Shown in pieces: positions 28,112 to 34,839 of a stretch of 64,000 nt of DNA. The notes beneath the pieces were generated by a model. It was not told where the DNA came from. It did not search any database and saw nothing but the letters and a program-made list of their open reading frames with translations. The position numbers were made by a program, and so were the translations under genes. This DNA comes from a virus: positions 1 through 64,000 of IMG/VR virus record IMGVR_UViG_3300027779_000019. The stretch is one strand, 5' to 3'. Numbering within the stretch: position 1 is the stretch's first letter; each line of letters starts with the position of its first letter.

Positions 28112-28345
28112 ATGAGAAAACTAATGCAAAAACTAAAGCGGTTAATGAGGCCGCGCTTCACCTTGGTTTACCGTAAAAGAGACGGTGCGAGTGGAATCTA
28201 CGAGATTTCCAGACCAAGAACAGACAACACCTTTGGCAACATCGGAGAGGGAGAGGATGAGGTTGGCTTTCGCGCCTATTGTTACAATCGCGAAAACTGG
28301 CGTTCTTTCCGTCACGATGGAGTCATTTCTATGGTGAAAAATTAG
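28112..28345 (+). CDS. Stand-alone WYL-like domain protein
   Basis: F.Y....G.....I.P...AYCYNRENWRSFRHDGV. Confidence 0.6.
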   Translation: MRKLMQKLKRLMRPRFTLVYRKRDGASGIYEISRPRTDNTFGNIGEGEDEVGFRAYCYNRENWRSFRHDGVISMVKN

Positions 28346-28372
28346 CCTCCGGTTTACCGGAGTACGTCAAGG

Positions 28373-28402
28373 AAAAGCCCACCGGAAACGGTGGGCTTAT
28401 TT
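28373..28402. terminator. Bidirectional terminator at the convergence point
   Basis: aagcccaccg-gaaa-cggtgggctt. Confidence 0.8.
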
Positions 28403-28427
28403 CTTATAATAGATAAGGTCTTATTTT

Positions 28428-28841
28428 TTAGTTATCCGGCCGGTTGGCTTCCATGTCGTGAGCAGAGGCAACACGGTAGCCAATCTCGCTTCTTGGGGGA
28501 AGCAGAGAGAACGAAGCGTTATAGTCAATTGACTCCCAAGCCTCTTGGGCAAGTTTCGCAACGTGTGGGTATACGCCGCCTCTAATGCCTTTGAAGGCGT
28601 CACAGCTTTCATTTAGCACACGCATCAACGTGCGGGAAAAGACGGCTTGTTTCAATCGCTTGGAAGTAGACCAAAACCAAAAGAAGTTTTCGCCAATCCA
28701 ATTTGGTTCATCGCAAGCGGCCGCGCCGTGATTATGCCAACCAAAAAACTCATACTTTAGAGCTTGATTGTCGCCGTTGCCCATTATACCAACGGCCCAA
28801 CTAGAGCCGTTACGCTGCACAATAATATTACTGTTTTGCAT
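28428..28841 (-). CDS. Hypothetical protein
   Basis: 137-aa ORF. Confidence 0.6.
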   Translation of the reverse strand: MQNSNIIVQRNGSSWAVGIMGNGDNQALKYEFFGWHNHGAAACDEPNWIGENFFWFWSTSKRLKQAVFSRTLMRVLNESCDAFKGIRGGVYPHVAKLAQEAWESIDYNASFSLLPPRSEIGYRVASAHDMEANRPDN

Positions 28842-28953
28842 TTTTCTTTTTCCTTGAATAAGAGCCTTTGCCCTTCTCGGTTTTATGTGTTCGTGTTCCC
28901 GTATTAAAAGGAACCACCTTTCTAGGTTTAGAAATTTTCTTCTTCTCTCTCAT
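28828..28953 (-). CDS. ArfA-like (alternative ribosome rescue factor motif) peptide, 41 aa, not in ORF track
   Basis: MREKKKISKPRKVVPFNTGTRTHKTEKGKGSYSRKKKNAKQ; leaderless after promoter 28988-28960. Confidence 0.6.
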   Translation of the reverse strand: MREKKKISKPRKVVPFNTGTRTHKTEKGKGSYSRKKKNAKQ

Positions 28954-28959
28954 GCGTTT

Positions 28960-28988
28960 ATAGTCTCATAATTTCGGGCAAATGTCAA
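28960..28988 (-). promoter_or_regulatory. Sigma70-type promoter, leaderless
   Basis: TTGACA-17-GACTAT with TG; ATG 6 nt downstream. Confidence 0.65.
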
Positions 28989-29097
28989 GGTAAATATACA
29001 ACTATTTCAAATATGTAAACACCTAAAAACGAAATAGGTTAAGAGCAAATAACTCAAATATATAAAAAAACTATAAAAGTATATTTTTTCCACAGTT

Positions 29098-29174
29098 GTA
29101 AGTCATTGACTATCAACGACTTACGTCCGGCGGGCTGCCCCCAGCCCGTAACCCATTAGTACTCAAAGGGTTAC
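29098..29174. repeat. 77-bp tripartite palindromic element, copy 4
   Basis: gtaagtcattgactatcaacgacttac / gggctgccc / gtaacccattagtactcaaagggttac. Confidence 0.9.
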
Positions 29175-29178
29175 ACCT

Positions 29179-29364
29179 TTAAAGTCCGCACTTATAGCAG
29201 GGCAAATACCCCGCAAATGGATCTACCCCATTCGCTTCGCCGCCCCAGCCTCCGCATTGTGGGCAATTCTCTTGCGTGTCCCGTTCTTTAAGTTCTTCCT
29301 CTTTGAACTCAGGATCTTTGCCCCTATAGGGCTTGGTGTGTCTGTGCTCTTGCTTCATGTCCAT
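29179..29364 (-). CDS. Small zinc-finger protein (DnaJ-type CxxCxGxG)
   Basis: CPQCGGWGG...PCYKC. Confidence 0.5.
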   Translation of the reverse strand: MDMKQEHRHTKPYRGKDPEFKEEELKERDTQENCPQCGGWGGEANGVDPFAGYLPCYKCGL

Positions 29365-29564
29365 TGCTTGCGGTCGGTTTCCTCTTCGTAGCCTGCGTGG
29401 TAGGCGTCCAGATCAGCCTTCGTCATGTCTTCCACCTTGACGCGGGGGGCATTACCGGTACCGTTCGGGTAGTAGTGGGCATCGCTGCCCCTGCCATAGT
29501 AGCGGTCAGCAGATCCCCGATCATAGGGGCTGCCGTGTTTCGTATCGTATTTTTCTGTTCGCAT
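29355..29564 (-). CDS. Conserved phage hypothetical protein
   Basis: HGSPYDRGSAD.YYGR...HYY...Y.AGY. Confidence 0.7.
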   Translation of the reverse strand: MRTEKYDTKHGSPYDRGSADRYYGRGSDAHYYPNGTGNAPRVKVEDMTKADLDAYHAGYEEETDRKQWT

Positions 29565-29587
29565 AATTATATAAAAGGGGTTACCGG

Positions 29588-29881
29588 TCACAGCATCTCA
29601 CAGCCTCCGCCGTAATCCTCATCCGTGCCCCAGCCCGCACTAGCGAGCGCATCCCCGTCCGCTTCCGCGTCCGAGTTGAAACCGTCCCAATCCTCGCCTG
29701 CGGCGTCATCGATAGACCACACCACCTCGCGAGAATTGTCGGTATGATGCTCGATAACGTCCTCGCCCACCTGATCGGCCAACCTAATGGCCGCGTTCAA
29801 TGCTGTGTGATCGGCATCACCCACGTTCTGCGTGAAACTCTGCACTACACCCTCTCCATCAACAACTGAGTATTTCCTCAT
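29588..29881 (-). CDS. Acidic hypothetical protein
   Basis: Ends DGDALASAGWGTDEDYG; promoter TTGACA-16-TATACT at 29919-29892. Confidence 0.65.
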   Translation of the reverse strand: MRKYSVVDGEGVVQSFTQNVGDADHTALNAAIRLADQVGEDVIEHHTDNSREVVWSIDDAAGEDWDGFNSDAEADGDALASAGWGTDEDYGGGCEML

Positions 29882-30017
29882 AACAGAAAACAGTATACCA
29901 CAAAATGGAGAAATGTCAATCAATAATGTCACTTTTTTAAAAAAGATATTTTAACTATTTATCGTACTTGGCATGAAAACCCTCCTAAGGTATCGCTTTT
30001 TAGGGTAGTTGGGGTGC

Positions 30018-30094
30018 GTAAGTTACTGATTACCAAAGACTTACATTTTCGCGGGCAGCCCGCGGCCGTAAACTACTGGTAATCAAAGAGTTAG
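30018..30094. repeat. 77-bp tripartite palindromic element, copy 5
   Basis: gtaagttactgattaccaaagacttac / cgcgggcagcccgcg / gtaaactactggtaatcaaagagttag. Confidence 0.9.
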
Positions 30095-30307
30095 CCCCCC
30101 CAAGGACAAGTGAGTGAAACCTTGGGAGGGCTTGAGGAAGGTAGCCGGAGAGATGACGGCTACCAAAGTCAGCGGCAATTATAGATTTTCTTTAGTTTTC
30201 TATTTCTTTTTAATCGCGCTTGAGTTATAAGTTCGTCGATCCTTTCGTCAACTAAACTAAAGGCAAGGATAGATTTTCCGCTTCGATTTTTTAGGTTGAT
30301 CTTCATT

Positions 30308-30499
30308 TTATTGTTTTACTATTTTTATAGCTTTCGCGCACCAGCCATCATAATCGCTTTCGGTTGCGGTGACTTTGCCTTCCCAAGTTGCGCCTCGAAC
30401 CTCAGCAAGCCATGACGGAGTTGGTAGAATCGCTGTATCGCCTACGCTTGCCTGTTCGTCGGTTTCGTATGTATAGTTATTGTTTATTTTTATTTTCAT
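30308..30499 (-). CDS. Hypothetical protein
   Basis: YTYE....VGD..ILP. Confidence 0.55.
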   Translation of the reverse strand: MKIKINNNYTYETDEQASVGDTAILPTPSWLAEVRGATWEGKVTATESDYDGWCAKAIKIVKQ

Positions 30500-30768
30500 G
30501 TAGAGTAGATTTCGCGGGGTGTCTCAAGGATTGCTTTATCAAACCAGCTTTGCGGCTGCACTTCGCATTTGACACCTTCTAGCCACCTGTTTAAATGTCG
30601 TGATGTTGTTTTGCTAAACTTTTCTTCTGTCTTATAATACTTCACGCCAACCTTGGCGGCTACGGGCGTACCGTAAGAGAAGAAAACAGTAGTACGTTTT
30701 GTCTCATCGACAAGCCTTTTGTTGAAGTGGACTTCCGTCTCGTTAGTGCTTATGTTTTTTATATACAT
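30496..30768 (-). CDS. Conserved phage hypothetical protein
   Basis: FSYGTPVAA, S.TTSRH.N.W. Confidence 0.7.
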   Translation of the reverse strand: MYIKNISTNETEVHFNKRLVDETKRTTVFFSYGTPVAAKVGVKYYKTEEKFSKTTSRHLNRWLEGVKCEVQPQSWFDKAILETPREIYST

Positions 30769-30770
30769 GA

Positions 30771-31079
30771 TTAGAAATCTGGATCGCTTGTATGCTTGTA
30801 GTTTTTAAAAAATTCCGCTCTGGCTTGTTTCCTTAATTCTTTAAAGTAGCCATCAATCGACAAGGCAACCTCGTCCCGAGCATCACCGCTCCAAGGCATG
30901 TTTTCAATGTCACCAACAACAATGTCAACAACCTCCTTTATTGGCTGACCCCATGGGTTATCGGTATCTTTCACGAGCAGCTCCCTAACGCTCAGGTGTT
31001 CGCCCATTGGCTTGCTGCGGAAGTCGTTGCTAGCTATTTCCCAAACCTTATCTATTGCTTTTTTTATGTTAGAGTCCAT
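30771..31079 (-). CDS. Hypothetical protein
   Basis: TAATG-coupled to the hydrolase gene. Confidence 0.55.
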   Translation of the reverse strand: MDSNIKKAIDKVWEIASNDFRSKPMGEHLSVRELLVKDTDNPWGQPIKEVVDIVVGDIENMPWSGDARDEVALSIDGYFKELRKQARAEFFKNYKHTSDPDF

Positions 31080-31534
31080 TATAGTTTGTAAAAAACGTGT
31101 TGCCCGATAACCTTGACGGGCTTTTGACCTTTTGCCCAGTAAGGTTTCTTTTTCATCCAAGTCGCGTGGTAATGATTAGCGAAGCCAACAAAGTCACGAC
31201 TTAAAAGTTTGATGTTTTTAGCCAATGCCAGCGCGTACTTCGCTTGCGGAACCTTCAACAAGTGTTCAAGATTCTTTAACTTTTTACCGTTCCAACAACT
31301 AAATTGGTAGGGCTTGAGACAGATTTCGGTTGCTGTTCTCTTTCTCTCGAATGCGCGTTGAGCAATGACAGCAGCCACCGCGTACATTCCTCCCTGTCCT
31401 TCGCCACGGGCTTCTGCCAATATAGTGATAGCAATGATTTTGGTTTCTCTGGTGAGTTTTGCATTTGTGTGAGTGTGCGCGTAAACAGTAAGAGCAAAGG
31501 CGGCGACTAGTATAGTTGTTATTATTTTTTTCAT
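31079..31534 (-). CDS. SleB/CwlJ-family cell wall hydrolase with signal peptide
   Basis: TILAEARGEG..GM.AVA.VI..R, QFSCWN, A.HYHA, PYWA, IG.HVFY. Confidence 0.9.
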   Translation of the reverse strand: MKKIITTILVAAFALTVYAHTHTNAKLTRETKIIAITILAEARGEGQGGMYAVAAVIAQRAFERKRTATEICLKPYQFSCWNGKKLKNLEHLLKVPQAKYALALAKNIKLLSRDFVGFANHYHATWMKKKPYWAKGQKPVKVIGQHVFYKL

Positions 31535-31535
31535 T

Positions 31536-31778
31536 TTAAGCTAAAAGGGTGACAGTTGCGTTAGAGTTAAGAGCGTGGACAGTCGGTTCTTTTGGTTCGT
31601 CATCGAATCCGCAATGATTGCCAAGCGCGTGTTTTATTATAGCCCAAAGACTTGGGACTGGCCCGAACTGCTCAAGTGTTTTGTCGCCTCGCTTAACGGT
31701 AAGAGTCCAAGCGACTTTGCCGCTTTCTTCGCATTCGAAGATGTCTACTGTTTTTGTCGGATGGTTTATATCTCTCAT
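31536..31778 (-). CDS. Hypothetical early protein
   Basis: Start ATGAGAGA 10 nt after promoter TTGACT-17-TACGAT (31817). Confidence 0.55.
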   Translation of the reverse strand: MRDINHPTKTVDIFECEESGKVAWTLTVKRGDKTLEQFGPVPSLWAIIKHALGNHCGFDDEPKEPTVHALNSNATVTLLA

Positions 31779-31813
31779 AACTTGTAATATCGTATCAGAT
31801 TTTAGGGCAAAAG

Positions 31814-32110
31814 TCAAGCACTATCTTTGCAAATTTCACATTCGCATTCTTGTGCTTTTATAGCTTCTTCGTTCCAGTCATCGCAAAATGTGGTAAGTTC
31901 CTTAACTTCCTTTTTCGTTTTCAGTCCACGCTTGAATTGTTCCCAAGTGGGGCGTTGCGCTTCGGGAATTGCTTCCCAGCCTTTCATCAATTCGGCACGA
32001 CGAGCCTGTTCCTCCGCCAACCACGGCAGAACGCTATTTGCTGACATATCGCCACCCTTTTCCGCTCTCCTGCGGATTCCTTCTGTTATTGCTCTTGAAT
32101 TATCTCTCAT
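31814..32110 (-). CDS. Hypothetical early protein
   Basis: Start ATGAGAGA after TGnTATACT; C-terminal CECEIC. Confidence 0.55.
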   Translation of the reverse strand: MRDNSRAITEGIRRRAEKGGDMSANSVLPWLAEEQARRAELMKGWEAIPEAQRPTWEQFKRGLKTKKEVKELTTFCDDWNEEAIKAQECECEICKDSA

Positions 32111-32165
32111 AACTGGGAATAGTATAACACAATCTCGCAAAATAGCAAGCTTTAATGTCACTTTT

Positions 32166-32393
32166 TTAAGCCTCGATTCCCGCTTTGTCTTCGATCCATT
32201 CGAGATCTTCGCTATTCTCGATTTCGGTTAGCCTGTTCTGGACGTCGGCGAGTTTCTCTTCCCAATGCTCTATGCGGATTTGAATCGCTTCCTTCCCAAT
32301 GAGGTTAGTCTGCGCTAATATTTGCAACGCTCCACGCACTTCGGCGATAGCAATGCCTTCGTTCCTCAAACTCTTCTGTGTCGTATCTCTCAT
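32166..32393 (-). CDS. Hypothetical coiled-coil early protein
   Basis: Start ATGAGAGA 10 nt after promoter TTGACT-16-TATGCT (32431). Confidence 0.55.
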   Translation of the reverse strand: MRDTTQKSLRNEGIAIAEVRGALQILAQTNLIGKEAIQIRIEHWEEKLADVQNRLTEIENSEDLEWIEDKAGIEA

Positions 32394-32543
32394 AACTGCA
32401 AAGAGCATAGCACAATCAGCCAAAAAGTCAAGAGAAAAGAATCACTTTTTTAACAAATATGAATAAAAAAAAGAACAAATATTAGGACAAATATGCTTGA
32501 CAAGTTCATCAAAAACCGAAAAAAATGACTTTTTAAAACTACC

Positions 32544-32620
32544 GTAAGTTATTGACTATCAAGGGTTTACGGCGGGCGGGCAGCCCGAGGCCCGTAAGTC
32601 CTTGGCGGGCAGAGGGTTAG
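32544..32620. repeat. 77-bp tripartite palindromic element, copy 6
   Basis: gtaagttattgactatcaagggtttac / cgggcagcccg / gtaagtccttggcgggcagagggttag. Confidence 0.9.
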
Positions 32621-32675
32621 CACCATCATCGGCGCGCTGTGTCTCAAGCGAAACGATGATGGTTTACGCTAGAGA

Positions 32676-32954
32676 CTATATTGAGTCACCAGCGGGCGTT
32701 CGCCTATTCGCGATCCTGTTGAGTTCCGCATTGCATTTACTCATTCGTTTCCGTAGGTTCTGCACCTCCAGTAACGTCTTGCGCTCAAGCATTTCTTCAG
32801 TCTTCATTTCGCTGAAGTACTCAATCATGAAGCGGAGCGTTTTGGTTTTGGTAGTGAACAGCTCATTGCTGAGCTTATCTAGGCTTTGCTTAACTTCGGG
32901 GGATACCCGAAGGTTGATGGCGACGCTTTGGTTGTTTTTCGTTATGTAGTTCAT
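32676..32954 (-). CDS. Ribbon-helix-helix DNA-binding protein with coiled-coil tail
   Basis: VAINLRVSPEVKQSLDKLS....TKTKTLRFMIEYF. Confidence 0.65.
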   Translation of the reverse strand: MNYITKNNQSVAINLRVSPEVKQSLDKLSNELFTTKTKTLRFMIEYFSEMKTEEMLERKTLLEVQNLRKRMSKCNAELNRIANRRTPAGDSI

Positions 32955-33084
32955 TATAAGTTTAAAGTTAGAGCCGCAGCCGTTAATGCTGCACTGCCCG
33001 TTATGCATAGCCACGCATTCAGTTCATTCAATCCGAGATCATTAATTAACCATTTCATTTTATTTATCATAATTCTTTTTATAT

Positions 33085-33309
33085 CTAGTTGGGCCATACT
33101 TGCTCGATGTCCCAGCCATCACGGTCGTTACGCTTACGGCACTCGATGCGAACATCTAATACAGTTGTTTTCCTTATAACACCAGCGAAACCGATTGCGT
33201 CATTGAACGCCCTATGGTCAGGCTCACCCTTCACCATAGGGAAGGCTTTGAAGTTGATGGTGCCGTCTGTCTTCCAGAACACCGTAAACGTTTTGTTTGT
33301 ATCTCTCAT
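33085..33309 (-). CDS. Hypothetical early protein
   Basis: Starts ATGAGAGA like its neighbours. Confidence 0.55.
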   Translation of the reverse strand: MRDTNKTFTVFWKTDGTINFKAFPMVKGEPDHRAFNDAIGFAGVIRKTTVLDVRIECRKRNDRDGWDIEQVWPN

Positions 33310-33321
33310 TATATTAAATCC

Positions 33322-33522
33322 TTATTCGCACTCGTGGCACTGGTAGTTTTCCAAGCCGTGATCCCATTGGCCAACTTCTTCTAGGCTGATCACTACTTCC
33401 GCACCGCATCCGCAGCACACAACCTCATGTCCATCCACGGTGTTGTTGTCGTCGTTCCGATCCATCTCGTTGTTCATTTCGTTATTCATCTTATTCATTT
33501 CGTTGCTCTTTCTCTCACTCAC
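33322..33522 (-). CDS. Small zinc-binding protein
   Basis: CCGC...CHEC; promoter TTGACT-17-TACGAT at 33558. Confidence 0.55.
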   Translation of the reverse strand: MSERKSNEMNKMNNEMNNEMDRNDDNNTVDGHEVVCCGCGAEVVISLEEVGQWDHGLENYQCHECE

Positions 33523-33561
33523 TTGTTATATCGTATCACATTTAAGGTTGAAAGTCAACAC

Positions 33562-33750
33562 TTATTTTGGATTATTTCCACAATATCCAGCCAGTTGATT
33601 GGCTTGGTGCTTGGGGTCATTGTTCACCGTGTAGGTGTTACCGTTCAAGGTGAAGGTGTCACGCTTGGCCTCACGGCGGCGACGTTGCTCCAAGTGTCTG
33701 CGGATCTCTGATATTGTCATTTGATTGTTCATTGTCTTTCTCTCACTCAC
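33562..33750 (-). CDS. Hypothetical early protein
   Basis: GTG 7 nt after promoter TTGACT-17-TAGACT at 33786. Confidence 0.5.
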   Translation of the reverse strand: MSERKTMNNQMTISEIRRHLEQRRRREAKRDTFTLNGNTYTVNNDPKHQANQLAGYCGNNPK

Positions 33751-34077
33751 TGGGTATAGTCTAACACGATAGGCCCGAAAAGTCAAGCGGTTTCTTTGTT
33801 TTATTTCATTTTTATTTCGTGTGATTCTTTACCTAGTTGGCACGATTATTGCCTAGTGATGATTGTATAACTGTCGTAAGTCATTGACTATTAGGTACTT
33901 ACGCCTCGGGGCCAGCCCGCCGACGTAAGTCCTTGGTGCTCAGTGGGTTACGCGAATGGCATGCTTCATGTGTGGCAGGTATCGTGCCAAGTCATTATAA
34001 TACGACACGAAAAGAAAGTTATTTTTTTTACATTTAGGGGTTGACTTTTGAGGTAAGATGTGATATCATATTCCTAG
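33750..34077. promoter_or_regulatory. Mirror-symmetric divergent promoter hub centred at 33913/33914
   Basis: Paired elements at equal distance from the axis: GTGAGTGAG (33750/34077), TTGACT (33786/34041), TTCGTGT (33816/34011), TTGGCACGAT (33837/33990), 27-bp arms (33876/33951). Confidence 0.8.
33876..33951. repeat. 77-bp tripartite palindromic element, copy 7
   Basis: gtaagtcattgactattaggtacttac / gggccagccc / gtaagtccttggtgctcagtgggttac. Confidence 0.9.
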
Positions 34078-34113
34078 TGAGTGAGGGGAGACCCTCCAAC
34101 AGAAAGACAGATT

Positions 34114-34266
34114 ATGGAAGATAAGAAGATTAAGACAGTTAAGGTCAAAGGGCCTTGGGTAGATGGAGTGCAGACAGTCAAGGAGATCAGCCTAGACGAG
34201 TGGACAAGCTATACGCCACTAAACAGGCGAGTACGGGGAGAATGGTTCCGAGTAGTTAAGTGGTAA
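34114..34266 (+). CDS. Small hypothetical early protein
   Basis: MEDKKIK...; downstream of promoter 34041. Confidence 0.5.
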   Translation: MEDKKIKTVKVKGPWVDGVQTVKEISLDEWTSYTPLNRRVRGEWFRVVKW

Positions 34267-34273
34267 AAAGGGC

Positions 34274-34302
34274 TTGACTTTATAGGTAAAGTGTGATATC
34301 AT
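34274..34302 (+). promoter_or_regulatory. Sigma70-type promoter
   Basis: TTGACT-17-TATCAT with TG; GTGAGTGAGAGA 7 nt downstream. Confidence 0.7.
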
Positions 34303-34309
34303 TTATCCA

Positions 34310-34582
34310 GTGAGTGAGAGAAACAGTAAGATGAAAAACAAAATAAAATTCCTAAACGTAGTGTTCAACGTCAAGCGCAACGCCGCTTACCAAGGCAACC
34401 ACGAGCTTGCCAGAACCGATAGAATCCACACGACCTTCCCGCTCGGCACAACCGAGGAGGAAATGATCAGCGAGTTTCACTCGGAGCTAGTCAACATCGA
34501 CATTAACGGTAAGACTTGGCTAAAGGGTGAAATGATTCAGGTCACCAGCATTGATAATTGTTTCGAAGATTCAACTAACTAA
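34310..34582 (+). CDS. Hypothetical early protein
   Basis: 90-aa ORF after promoter. Confidence 0.55.
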   Translation: MSERNSKMKNKIKFLNVVFNVKRNAAYQGNHELARTDRIHTTFPLGTTEEEMISEFHSELVNIDINGKTWLKGEMIQVTSIDNCFEDSTN

Positions 34583-34604
34583 ATTAAAACTAAACTATAA
34601 CAAG

Positions 34605-34835
34605 ATGAGTATGCAAAGTATATGTTTCGCAGGGGTCACGCACAGCGATGGCCAGATTGCCGATGAAGACACAGCCAACCACGTTGACGGCGGCTTCTTC
34701 GGTGTAGAGAACACAGTCCAACTCGGTGAGTGGGCGCAGGTTGACGGGGTAGGGCTGGGCGACTGGGCCAGCGAACTGGCGAGCTTGGCGGAGGATGGGT
34801 ACAGTGACGTCACGTCCCTTGACTACGTAGGGTAG
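34605..34835 (+). CDS. Acidic hypothetical protein
   Basis: Last gene of the early island. Confidence 0.5.
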   Translation: MSMQSICFAGVTHSDGQIADEDTANHVDGGFFGVENTVQLGEWAQVDGVGLGDWASELASLAEDGYSDVTSLDYVG

Positions 34836-34839
34836 GCCA

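Noticed and set aside
14789-33786. TTG start codons in the ORF track (14789, 20998, 27328, 28013, 31817, 33786)
   Set aside because: They coincide with TTGAC -35 boxes; the real starts lie downstream of the -10.
22837-33951. CRISPR array reading of the 27-bp palindromic arms
   Set aside because: Only two arms per locus, inverted and degenerate, with a conserved GC core instead of unique spacers; no cas genes seen.
22877-33951. Integron attC cassette array
   Set aside because: No consistent RYYYAAC/GTTRRRY ends, units hold several genes with their own promoters in both orientations, and no integron integrase in the window.
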